Positions 38,661 to 51,400 of a stretch of DNA of 64,000 bases are shown in pieces; position 1 is the stretch's first letter, and the number at the start of each line of letters is the position of its first letter. The DNA is from Eledone cirrhosa. Taxonomy: Eukaryota. The stretch lies in assembly GCA_964016885.1 (NCBI GenBank), contig OZ024746.1, positions 45,632,001 through 45,696,000 on the forward strand. The letters are read 5' to 3'. The position numbers and the translations under genes are program-made. The notes beneath the pieces are model-generated. The model made no database searches, was not told where the DNA came from, and was given only the letters and a program-made list of their open reading frames with translations.

Positions 38661-41600
38661 AAAGTTATATCTGTATAAATACAGAGTGCATAACTAAGGC
38701 TGTGCCAACGTGTATAAATATATACACATATGTAGGCATGTAAACATACCAGAAAATACGAATTTCCCTGTAAATTGAAAAAAAATTGATGCTCACATCT
38801 TATTCGATCCTCATCAGAAGACGTGTATATCATCAAATCACAACCATAAGGAAACATGTATTTGATGAGTATATATACCCATTTGCTCTTAGTATTATTC
38901 TGAAATGGCCATACTAATTTTCATATAATTAGCGCTTGTGTTAGTAATTAATTAAGGTATATAAAAGAAGTATACTAGCAGCCAAAGTTATATCTGTATA
39001 AATACAGAGTGTGTAACTGAGACTTCACCATACACTTCGGCTGCTAGCATACACCAATCAGTGAATAATTATACAATTCGATTTAAACACTCAACATCAT
39101 ATATTTTCTTCCAATATAATTTGTTACTCCATGGCAGAGTATAAGTAGAATAAGGAAAATTTGATGTTCAGTGTAGATGTTTAAAATTCCTTTATTAATA
39201 AAGCTGTGATACATATTCCAATGGTAATCCTGATTATGTGATGGATCACTCACACAACCAGTCATACTACATCATCAGACTAACAAGGGAATGGGCATTG
39301 GCAATGAAAACATCATATCTGTCCATTCCCTTTTCTTTAGATTGAATTGCCTTGGAAACATAACCTTAAAACATAAGATCATGTCTGATGATATCGTCTA
39401 ATTTGCTGCTTGATTGAACCATCACAGAGCTATGATCGTCATTTAAATACTACAGCTTTATTAATAAAGGAGTTTTATACATCTACACCAAATTCCACAT
39501 TTTCCTTATCAAATTAAGTAATAGATTAAGTTTACCACCCAAGTAATCCGCTACAGAATTTGAGCCCCAAATGGAAAGAACTAGAACAAACCCCACAATC
39601 TGCCTTGTATGAAGCTATAATACCAGTCCATTTCCCTGGACTGGTAAATTATTTATTTTGCCCTCCCCCACCACCCTACCTTCATGATGAAAAGTGGAAT
39701 TTGTACAGAATCCAAAGAGTCAGAACAAAGTTTTCCGAAATCTACCACTTTCATTGTTTTCATTACATTTGAGAGTTCAGGACTTCTTTATGCAGTTGTC
39801 ATCCTTCATACATATCACATGCCTATACTAGCACTGCATCTAATTCTTCTTAGGCTCAACATTAAAGCTTAATTCTGTGACTTCATATTTTCCCTACCTC
39901 AAAACAGAAACAATTGCCTAAAAAATAATTTGATCACCAAAACACTTTTATTTGATGACCAAATGAAGCTTTCAGGCAGTTTCATTCGCAAAACATGCTT
40001 GTTTATTGGTACATTCTTTAATTAACCCAGATAATTTTCTGCTGCAATATGACTACTGAAATGTTTTGAAGGCCTGTCTTTTGTTTGAAGCAATAAAACC
40101 TGCCACTATGTGTAGCAAATGTTTATTGTGTGTCCCCCTCATTTCCGTTTTCTATGTTTTCATCATCATCATCATCACCATTTTACGTCCGCTTTTAAAT
40201 ATTCAAACAGATTCAATGCTTCTTCCCCCTTTAATTACATCTTGACATAAGGCTACACATTTCTGATTATAGTCTTCAACACATATTGATAGCAAACATT
40301 TCATTTCATGCATTGTATTTGATTAACTAGTTAGTCATTGCTTTCTGGACTTCAACCAGAATGCAATGAATCCCTTTTGAACATGCATCTTGTAACTGTT
40401 TTGGTTTTTAAGGTACTAAAAGTATATCATAACATAAAATCATTCATGAAGTACTCATAGCTTTCTTTACACAAATTGGAATGTAGGCATTGAACCCAAG
40501 GAAGCTCTGTTCTCTGTTAGACGGAGTGACTATTGCTGTGAATATTGCTGGCTGTTCTTCATGGCAATACTCTTACGATTAAGTTTGAAAGATTAATATC
40601 TGCCCTCCACTTTTTTTTATCTTTCATTGTTACTGACTTTTAATCTAGTTTTATGAATTCAAAATATAGATTTTCCTTTATTTCATGAATTTTTGTTTTA
40701 ATGAAATATTTCTCATCTGTTTCAAACTAGAATATTTGTAGGAAAGGATCAAACAATGAACACTGTGAAATGATCAGAGCAGTATTGTCCATCACTCTGG
40801 TAATTTCCGGAATCCAAGGAAACTGCAGCAGCAATAATTAATCAAATGAGTATGTTGTATAGAAAATAGATAAATTCAATTACTGTAAGAAAGGAAGTAG
40901 TTTTCAACAGAGTAGAAAAAGATGTACAGTGACACTGACTAATATAAACTGAATGAGATACAGAGAAGAAGTGTTGTAGGGTTTGGCTGCTATGGGGATT
41001 GATAAGGGAATGGAAATGAAGAGTGGTGTGAGAAGGTCAAAATAAGGGGGGGGGGGAGAAAAACAAGGAGTACAGAAAAATTAAAGGCAATGAAAGTTGG
41101 TAAGAATGTTCTTAAAATAGAGTCTAGCATAGATGTTGGCAGTCAGACCAAAATCTAGGGAATCATGTATAGAGCAAGTAGGCAAGAAATTGACACAGGT
41201 GAGATAGCAATACAAGAGAATGAATGTCTGAACAAAGTATTCACTATAAAGAAGTACAAAAGCATTTATGGAACATGAGTAGGCAGGATGGTGCTATAGA
41301 TGGAGCAGAAATAGGAGACAATTAAATTATCTGTTTAAAAACTACTGTGAAGTAGTCAACAGAGGAAGCTTGTATTAGAATGAGATAAGAACAACCAAGA
41401 GAACCTGAGAGAATCTTGTGAGATCAGGGTGGGGGAACTGGAGGCAAATTCAAAAGGAGTTTAGTTGTGTATTCATACAACTAGCATTGTTGATTGTGTC
41501 ATGAGCAATGACTCAGATTTGAAAATGCTATATTACTGTACCATACAAATGTTCTTGTTATTTTTTCAATAAAATATGAAATTATAATATGGGAAAAATA

Positions 41601-41740
41601 CCTTTAACCTGACTGATGTAGGCCCCATCAAAAACAGGAGGTGGCCCCCATCTTGCATCGATTAAAGAAAAATCATGCAGACACAAAGGAGGCACTTTAT
41701 TTTAATTTTTATTTTACTTATTTTTACTTCATTTATTTAT

Positions 41741-41954
41741 CTTATTATAGTATCAGTAAAGCATCAGACAACATGCTTTATGGCATAGATTTACGGCCCT
41801 TTACATTCTGAGTTCAAATCCCGCCGAGGTTAATTTTGCCTTTTATCCTTACAGGGTCAATAAAATAAAGCACCAGTAACATACTGGGGTTGATTTAATC
41901 GACTTCCCTCCTCCCCCAAATTACTAGCCTTGTGCCTATACTAGAAATCATTAT
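41741..41954 (+). mobile_element. tRNA-derived SINE with (TTA)n tail
   Basis: GAGTTCAAATCCCGCCGAGGTTAATTTTGCCTTTT...GGGGTTGATTTAATCGAC...CCTTGTGCC...ATTATT. Confidence 0.85.
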
Positions 41955-42489
41955 TTTCTTTGAGTCTCAGTCATTGATGTTATTTAACTGGAAAGTTTGT
42001 TGAAACGAACATGAAGCCACTACCTGCAGCCTCAGATATTCAGGACATATCGGAGGGTTCTTGCTGTTCCCAACAAGCATGCCTTTTTTAAGTGTTCCAA
42101 AAAGGGCTGGACTAATCTTCTTTAACCATCCTTGAAAACTCTTCGAGATAGTACCTAGTGCTCCTATCACAATTGGAACAAACTTGATCTCATGACAGTC
42201 CCAAATCCTTTTAAATTCCCACTTTAAATCCTGGTATCGGTTAATTTTCTCCCTCTCCTTTTCTTGCACTCTTGTGTCAAAGGGGACAGCTACATCTACA
42301 GTCAAGCACGATCTTTTTTTCCTTGTCAAAAACCACCAAGTCAGGCCTATTGTGTTCTAATTTCTTGTCTGTCTGTATCCTGAAATCCCATAGCACCTTC
42401 ACTCGATCATTTTCTATCACCGACTCTGGCTTATGCTCATATCACTTCTCAGAATATGGTAAATTATTTAGGTTGCATAAATGCCAGTG
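41955..42489 (-). mobile_element. R4/Dong-clade retrotransposon 3' fragment
   Basis: ORF 41967-42329 (VDVAVPFD...EKINRYQDL...PIVIGALG) closely matches 46913-47635 and has the same 3' UTR. Confidence 0.92.
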
Positions 42490-42639
42490 TAATTATCATT
42501 GTTGTATTACTGTTATTAATTTTTGCCATTGTAGTTGCAATTATTGCAGTCATTGTTGTCACTGTTGTTGTTGCTATCATAGATGTCTGAGCAATGGTAG
42601 TAGCAGTGTCTGTTCTTACAGCAGCTGTCAACATGGACT

Positions 42640-43050
42640 GTACATGAGGAAGAAATTGTCTATCCTGATCTAATTTGACTCTTTCTCTAATTAGTTCCTT
42701 TATAACTATTTCCATCACTTTCATAACTTGGTCCAGTAGTTTGCAAAAGGTTGTCAGGTAAGAATTTCCAGTTGTCCTTATCATAGCTTGTTACTGCTCT
42801 CATCAAACGCATCATGTATGACCTTTCTAAACTTATATTTATTTGAGAGGTCCTTTAACTTCTAGACCCTCTGTCCTCATATTTTCCAGTGTGTCTTGTT
42901 CTGTCTCGTGTTTATTTTGATGTCACTAATAACTATCTTGTGCTGAATGGAGCATTCCTCCTCAGGGAAGGCCTTAGTATTTATTACAGTCCATTTGTCT
43001 TGTTATCTAACAAGTAAATAGTCAATTTCGCTCTTGTGTTCGCTTGATTG
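42640..43050 (-). mobile_element. Degraded RTE fragments
   Basis: KLLDQVMKVMEIVIKELIRERVKLD and IDYLLVR..VINTKAFPEEECSIQHKIVISD on the minus strand. Confidence 0.75.
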
Positions 43051-43367
43051 ATATGAGATTAGGTGGTTGGCTGGTTTCTTGAAATTTGTGTTGCAAATGG
43101 ATAATTCATTTGCGTCACAGAATATATATATATTTATAGCTGATAACTTGATTACAAATTGTTTGACCTGTCTGTGGGTGTATTTGGTTGCATTTAATCA
43201 TTTAGTGTTGGGGATGGGATTGGAGTGTAAGTCAGGCTTGTTGACAAGGCAATAGCTACCTCATCAGCAATAACAACAACAGCAATAACTACAAGACAGT
43301 AACCACCATCACCACCACAACAACAGCCACAATAACAGCCAGTATCATTGTCACAATTCATACAGTC

Positions 43368-43847
43368 TTTAGCAGTTAATAAATGTTATAGTTAGTAGCA
43401 CCACGAGGAGCATGATAAATGAGAAGTATATGTTAGTCATATTGACAACGAGTAACATGATAATAATGTCAACAAGAAGAATGTTCGTGAGATGAAATGT
43501 ATGTTTATTTTGTTGTAGCACAAAGTAATGTTTGTTAATTTGTATGGTTGAAGTTAAGCATAAAAGGGTTACAAAAGGAATGTGGCACTGTGCCTGGCCC
43601 AAGGCAGGCCGGCAAGCCAAAGTGCAAATCTCACCATTACATATTGTTTGTGTTCACGGAGCAAGAGAATAAGTGGTCTTTGCCTTAGCATGGTCAAGCA
43701 GCAAGAGAGTGATTTCTCGAATCGACGCGGGAATTTTTCCTGCAGGGTGCGTAGAAATACATTCTCATCCGCTGGCAGTCATTGGCTGGGCTGAGCCAAA
43801 TAACACACGGAGAATGTATGTGAGCCCGCGGAATGTAGGTCACTACA
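43368..43847 (-). mobile_element. Probable solo LTR (~480 bp)
   Basis: Ends T(T)TAG...CTACA, one mismatch from TG...CA. AGTC flanks both sides as a 4-bp TSD. AATAAA is present on the minus strand. The GC-richer block interrupts a degenerate trinucleotide tract. Confidence 0.5.
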
Positions 43848-45097
43848 AGTCCATCAACAAGTCAGTAGTGGGGTCATCAATAACAAGAGTACCAGCTACT
43901 GCCACTGTCACCATACCTACCCTGATTGTATTAACAGCCATGAACTAGGCAACAACGCTAGAATAATAAAATACACCCAGTACAGTTTGTAGAAAGGGCC
44001 TTCATCCATAGAAACTATAGCAAAATTGGAACATTGACTCAACACATATTCTCCAGAATAGCAATTCTGAACAAGAACTGACTCAAACGAAAAAAAAAAA
44101 AAAAAAAAAATGTGTATCTTTTGCCAATACAGAAGGTAGACATAAAAAGCTGACTATATAAGTTTGTTTGTCTTGAAGCAAATTTAAAAGTTTAGCAAAG
44201 AAACCCAGATCATTTCTAGATCCATGAACAACTCTTTTCCTGCTATATCAAGCATATATATATATATATATATATGCATTGGTATGTATTATATATGCAT
44301 AGGTGTGTATGTGTGTGTGTCTGTGTGTGAATGTATATATATATATCTGTAATTTCCATCAGCGTTATCTGTGTATGTGCCTCTCAGTATGTATATAAAG
44401 AAATTTTAAAACAAACTTAAATCACTTTAAAAAAAAAGATGAGATATTTTCTATATATTTGGCACCAGGAATCATTGGGTATCCCTTATTCTTCCTCTTC
44501 ACCCACTTATTTCTGGGAGGATCACGGTGGCAAAGTTGCCAAACACTCTTTCCAGTAGATCCTGTCAGAAGCAACCTTCTCCAATTTATCTGGCTAATTC
44601 CTCAAGCAAGATAAGCTAAGCTCATGGGTGTTATCCAGCTATCTTGCTTGGGTTCTACACCTGGATCTCCTGCCAGTTGGTTTTGTCCATAAAATCTGTC
44701 CAGCGATTCTTTTCTCGGACATTCTAAACTCATGCCCATATTTTTGGAGCTGTGATCTCTTAATTTAGAGAAGGAGTGACTCTCTGGTGTTTGAGCTGTA
44801 CACTCTATTGAGTGGTGCGAATATGACCACCAAAGCACATGGTTAGACACAGCAAAGACAGTCATATCACATCATCCTTCATGCAGGTTAACATGGGACA
44901 CATTCAGACCTTAAGTAGAGAGACCTGTTAGGAAAATATATTTCAGCTTCCATCTCATGCTGTTAAAACTGACGATGGACTGGTGACATATTGTGGGAAT
45001 GTGGGATAGGTGCACAAAGATAGAATATCACAAGACCCTAAAAAGGGTTCAGAAGAGAGCAAACCATAATCATTGGGTATCTTTTTAGCATATATAT

Positions 45098-45410
45098 ATC
45101 ATCATCATCATCATTTTATGTCCACTTTTATGGAATGGGTCCTATTCAGCACAGCATCTCTCCACTCATCACAGTCCTTTGTCATCTCCTCCATGAGCTT
45201 CAGCGATCTGAGATCAGCTCTCACCACCTCCGCCCATGTTTTTCATGGTCTTCCTCTACCGTGTCTTCCTTCTACTGGGATTTCTTGGTACTTCTTTACC
45301 TAGCGGTCATCCTCCATGTGCATTACATGTCCATACCAATGCAGTCTTCTCTCCCGCACACCACAACTTATCCCTCTTATACACAGTTTCTCTCTCAACT
45401 CATATATATT
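45098..45410 (-). mobile_element. RTE-like LINE 3' fragment
   Basis: The minus strand reads RRLHWYGHVM...RGRP.KTWAEVVRADL, followed by a (GAT)n tail next to TA. Confidence 0.8.
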
Positions 45411-46834
45411 CAATTTATTATAGAAATAATTTCTACAGGGCTAGAGCAGATGATTACTAATGTCCTACAGAAATCATTTCTATAATAAAATGAATATAGC
45501 TATATTATACTAAAATATTGAGCAACTTTCTTGGCAGTGGTTGCCTCCTGATTTACATCTGGATTTTACATATTATATATGAGTGTGTGTGTATGTATAT
45601 TTCTTATGTTGAGTAGCATCCTGCTTCAAATCTAGAATTTAAACACTATTAACTCTACATTTTGAAGCAACTGCTATATTTTAGATCTGTAAGGTGTGTT
45701 TTAAGGAATAATTTACACATATATACATACATAGAGAGAGAGAAAGAGAGATCCACAAGCATGGAAAAACAGATATAACCCTGATGATGTTGATGATTAT
45801 GATATACATCTTATATTAACTGAAGGCATCTGGTCATGAATTAATGATGCATATAATAAATCTGGTAATAGTGAATGGCAACTTACCTAATGATTGATGT
45901 AGCAGCAGTATTGTTAATTGTTATGAGATGTGCTAAACAGAGGAAATTGAACTCAGAATATAAAGGGAATTAAAGCATGTTGTCCGACACTCTACCGATA
46001 CTGCCAATAATCAGACATATTCATCATTGCAATTATTAATCTTAGATTCACCGAATAGTGTTCAGTCCACAAGAAGTCCCTGTCTTCATCCGCCCTCCCA
46101 ATACACCTACCTGTCAATGAGGTATGTTGTATACTTCAGTGATGTTTGGTTGGCCTCTGTGATAGATGTGTGATGTACTGGTGTTTGGTGTGTGCATAAT
46201 GAATAAGTTTATGTCTGTGAAGGGTTTTAATTTTGGCAATCGTAACAGTAACAGCTGCTGCAGAAACAACAGTATAAGCATCACTATCTTTGTTTCTATC
46301 ATCAATATCATCATCAACATTGTCATCATCATCATTATCATTGTCTTATTGGTCATTATTCTTATCACATTCATTGTTAGTTTAAAATTCATTTCCTATA
46401 CAATTATGTCTGCCATCTCAACAATCTAACTATCTATTACCAACTTTCTGTTATTTTAACTATGCACATTTTCAAAATGATGCTTTTCCACTTTCTTTTT
46501 GACTTCAGATCTTTTGTTTCAAACCTTTCAAACTTTTAGTATTTCCAGCAGGCCAAGCAATGAAAACTAACTTGCTCTTTTACTGAAGGTTTTACATGCA
46601 AACAACCTTGATATATTTGGTAATGTCAAGATATGTCAAGCAGTTTAAGTGATATGGTTCTATAGGAAAGGAGTTTCAAAGAAGACATGAGAAAGAGTGG
46701 TGAAGAATTTCACAGAAGACATCATAAGTAACTGCAACATATGGCAAGATGTTATGCTAAAGACTCACCCAATACATGTAAGCATGGAAAATCAAGCTTA
46801 AAATAATTGTGATGAGGATTATTATTATTATTAT

Positions 46835-48058
46835 TGTTCTTTGAGTTTCAGTCATTGATGTTATTTAACTGGAAAGTTTGTTGAAATGAATATCAAGCCA
46901 CTACCTGCAGACTCAGACATTCAGGACATATCGGAGGATTGTTTCTGTTCCCAGCAAGCATGCCTTTTGAAGTGTTCCAAAAAACGGGCCTGGACTAATC
47001 TTCTTTAACCATCCTTGGAAACTCTTTGAGATAGTACCTAGTGCTCCTATGACAATCGGGACGACCTTGATCTCATGACAGTCCCTAATCCTTTTTAACT
47101 CCCACTTTAAATCCTGGTATCGGTTAATTTTCTCCCTCTCATTTTCTTGCACTCTCGTGTCAAATGGGCAGGCTACATCTACAATCAGGCACAATCTTTT
47201 TTCCTTGTCCAAAACCACCAGGTCAGGCCTATTGTGTTCTAATTTCTTGTCCATCTGTATCCTAAAATCCCATAGCACCTTCAGCTGATGGTTTTCTATC
47301 ACCGAGTCTGGCTTATGCTCATACCACTTCTCAGAACGTGGTAAATTGTTTACTTTGCATAGATGCCAGTGGATCACCCTGCCCATCACATCATGTCTCC
47401 AGCCTTTATAGTGAGTCTGGGCTAGGTGTTTACACTCGGATACAATGTGAGCCACAGTCTCCTCTCTCTCTCCACAGATCCTGCACAGTGAGCTAGCCTC
47501 CTCCTTGTCAATATGGTGTTTCACCCACTTCGTTTTGAGGGCTTGCTCTTGCGTAGCCATTAGCATTCCTTCTGTAGCCTTTTTAAGGTCTCCTCTTTTT
47601 AACCAGTTCCATGTCTGCGGATCTGTAAATTCCATTTTCTTATAGAAGGTGCTATGAAGGGATTTTTCATGAAGGTTGCTCTTCCTCCTTGGACATCCTC
47701 TGGTCTATTGTCTTCTCCTTCAGTACAATTCTCAGCATAGGCTCCCTACTGTCAGCCACATATTTGTGCAGGTTGTTTTTCTCCATCTGAACACAATCCT
47801 CTATGCTGATAAGACCTCTTCCACCTTCAGATCTCTTTAAGTAGAGTCTATCAATATCACTCCTCTTGTGGAACATGTTGTAGGTAGTCATTAACTTCCT
47901 AGTCTTCCTATCCATTTCTTTTGTTCAGCAACATTCCATTTCAGAATTCCTGCACTGTACCTAATAATAGACACAGCTCGGGAATTTACTGCACTTATGA
48001 CATTCCTACTATTTAGATGTGATTTTAGTATGTTGACATTCCTACTATTTAGATGTGA
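46835..48058 (-). mobile_element. 5'-truncated R4/Dong-clade non-LTR retrotransposon (end of RT, CCHC knuckle, restriction-like endonuclease)
   Basis: ORFs 47667-47915 (RLYLKRSEGGRGL) and 46913-47635 (CRICGEREETVAHIVSEC; RHD; RPDLVVLD..DVACP..EKINRY). The 3' end abuts (TAA)n at 46819-46835, the known target of Dong elements. Confidence 0.95.
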
Positions 48059-48075
48059 TGTATTATTATTATTAT

Positions 48076-48290
48076 TGTTCTTTGACTCTCAGTCATTGAT
48101 GTTATTTAACTGGAAAGTTTGTTGAAATGAATATCAAGCCACTACCTGCAGCCTCAGGACGTATCGGAGGGTTCTTGCTGTTCCCAGCAAGCATGCCTTT
48201 TGAAGTGTTCCAAAAAGCGGGGCTGGACTAATTTTCTTTAACCATCCTTGGAAACTCTTTGAGATAGTACCTAGTGCGCCTATGACAATC
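48076..48290 (-). mobile_element. Third R4/Dong 3' fragment
   Basis: IVIGALGTISKSFQGWLKKISP...TLQKACLLGTA with the same 3' UTR, followed by (TAA)n at 48061-48076. Confidence 0.92.
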
Positions 48291-48475
48291 GATAGAGGGT
48301 CGGACGCCATGCTTTGATGCATAGAGTTACAGCCCTTGCCATTTTGAGTTCAAATCCCGCCGCGGTTAACTTTGCCTTTCATCCTTACGGGGGTCGATAA
48401 AATAAAGTACCAGTAATGCACTGGGTAATTGCTGGCCTTGTGCCAAAAGTAGAAACAATTATTATTATTATTATT
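48291..48475 (+). mobile_element. tRNA-derived SINE (related copy at 49352-49612)
   Basis: GAGTTCAAATCCCGCCGCGGTTAACTTTGCCTTTCATCC...GGCCTTGTGCCAAAAGTAGAAACAA(TTA)n. Confidence 0.88.
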
Positions 48476-51400
48476 TCAAAGGTAATAATCAAGAAACAAA
48501 AATATGTATTTGGTTTTTGTGAACACATTCTTAAGCCTTAATATACCACTTACTTGAATGTACACTACCCTTATCTTCTTGTCCATGGCTCCAAATGCTT
48601 AAAACACAAATCATTCATAACTGAATTCAACATGTCCCTAGAGAGACAAACAATTGAGTAATCTCTCAAATGTATTTCAAAAATATTTTGCTTTTCTTCG
48701 CTAAATACCAGATATAACATGAAGTTTTACAACCATTGTTACAAACACAAACAACATTATATTTATTACAAGTTTGTCCATTGTTTAAATATATGTTTAC
48801 TATTTTCATTATATTATCCATTAGCTTAAATCCCTTGTCAATTCTTCTGTCTTAATTAATTAATATACTACTGTGATGCCAATCATTAATTATGAAAGGC
48901 TTCTGACATAATTTGATTTGCTAAATGAGAAATATTTGCAGTGGATGCATAATGTCAGATATATATATATATTAGAAAGAAAAATTTGGCCACTGATAAA
49001 TTCTTATTTATCAGGTACAATAAGTAGACACACTATACAGAGAGAGCAAGAAAGAGAGAGGAATGGATAAATAGATAGGACAGCATTTATATCTACGAAC
49101 AAAAGAAAACCTGTTTCAAAACATAGTATAAACTTTATATGTATGTGTATGTTGTTGCATTTTGTTGTATATTTTGTGAATACACATTTGTCTTCCTTCC
49201 AAAAGTGACTAGAATTGACTTTTTTGTATTGATAGAATAAGAGAAAATATATAGTAAAACCCTACTTAGTGCTACCCCATTTTGTGCTAGTTCTCTATGC
49301 AGCTTTTTGTCTATTTTAAGTGTGATTGCACTATATTATTATACAATTTCAAAAGGCAGTAGATTGGCACTATCAGCTTGCTTTGTGGCCCTTTACGCCT
49401 ATGACAATCGATAGAGGGTCGGACGTCATGCTTTGATGCATAGAGTTACAGCCCTTGCCATTCTGAGTTCAAACCCTGCCATGGTTAGCTTTGTCTTTCA
49501 TCCTTATGAGGTTGGTAAAATAAAGTACCAGTAATGTACAGGTGTCGATTTAATCAACTTTCCTCTCCCCAAAAATTGTTGGTCTTGTGCATAAATCAGA
49601 AACCATTATTATACAATTCCATGCTGACTTGTTAAAAATTATGATTCACATTCATGCATACTCCCATATATACCCAAATTATTCACACAAGTTTTTACAA
49701 ATCCTGTGTAGAAAATGGCTTGCAACTATAATTGCAGACAGTTCAGCTAAGGTGCCTCAAAAAGCATCACACTTGATGTGTAAAACTGTAACTATTGAGA
49801 AATTGGATACTAGCAAACATTAGACACATGGGTAAACTGTCTCATTAAAGGTATATTTCTCTCATCTTACTTTCAAATATTTTATGATATTTATTTATTT
49901 ATTTTTTGTCATTAAGGCTCTTACTTTCCAGAGGGTTTCTATCTTAATTCTGCCTTTTGAATCATTTTCTGGCACATTCTGTGTGCCTGGTCTAGCCGTT
50001 GGTGTTATATTTAAAAGAACACAATATTTCATCCTGTTTTATGGTTTCTCATTTCATGCTTTCACATATTTCATACTTTATAGTATATAAAAGTCATAGG
50101 CATATATAAATTTTCTATAATATTCCTTCAGAATATGTAAATAATAATGTTAATTTTTGCTAAATCCTCAACTATATTGGCTGTCAAACAAACCCAGACA
50201 CTAATATAACACCCACCATATTATTTTGTTAGTATAAATCTTCTCTTACTCTGCACCTTAAACACTATCTTTGTGCTGAAAATCTAAATCTTCAATTTAG
50301 ACTTATTGTTCTATAGCATTTAGTTATCTACCTTTGTTTGTCTTATCATATGTATCCCTCTTTTGTTTGTTTGCTTTTTATAATCATGGTCAATTTTTAG
50401 CTACCAGGAAGACCTTCATTCATCAGTGTCCTTCTGATGGTTGAAGCATGAACCTGCGTGCCAAACATTTGGGTTAAATCTGTAGATAACTGTTGGCAAG
50501 ATTTGTGATGTAAGCTTTAGATATGTAAAATCAGATTTTGGATAGTTTTGAATATCTCCTGCTTCTTTTTTCATTTAATCCTCCACCTGCACTTTTTTTC
50601 TTGATTTTCAATAACTAATGAGAAGTTAATATAAAATCCACCTCCTCTTGATATTTTAGAGTGAGACATCTCTTTTTTATGATAAAAAAAGACAAGTCTG
50701 TTTGCAAAAGAAATATTAGGCATCTTTATGATTTGCTTGCTGGGTCTTTGTTTCAGCAATCTGGAAAATAATTATAGCACCATTCCATCAAGTGCACAAG
50801 AGCTTGCCTGTATTGGACGAGTAAGTTTTAATTGTTGTTACTCTGTATAATTCAACATGAACTTGAAATTGTTTTATCGAATTATAATGACACTGTATTG
50901 CCCCTTATATAAAGACAGTTCAAAAGATACATATTATAGTACACTATTGTTATTACAGTTCATGTTCAAAGTTCATTGAAAATATCAAATTAGCACCTGC
51001 CTAAGACCTTTGCATGTATGTGTATATAAACAGTCTTTATTTGCTATATCCTGTCCTGAAATCTATTATTAATATTAGACAGTTTTTCATTTCCTTGCTG
51101 TATTTAAGTATATGATTTGAAAAGTTTATAATTTTATTCTGCTGAATTATTTAAGTGACTATTTTAATAGCTACATACACTAAATAGTTGCCCATATAAA
51201 AAGCTGTAGCTAAGTATTCTGGAAGATTATAACCAGTTGTTTGTCAATTTAATATAATTTATACATGTTTGTACATTGATGTACATTCAATATCTAATTG
51301 AGTGTTATTATAAAAATCTATTGCAGATTTCGCATATTCTCATAAATATAATTATAAAATATTTATGAGAATATGTGAAATATGCAATAGTTTTTTTTTT

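Noticed and set aside
38745-38830. Second intact hammerhead on the minus strand (CTGATGAG ... GAAA)
   Set aside because: Stems I and II cannot be paired convincingly. At best it is a decayed remnant.
39557-40850. Possible exons at ~39557-39643 and ~40731-40799
   Set aside because: Open frames between AG and GT, but the splice context is weak and the peptides are unrecognisable.
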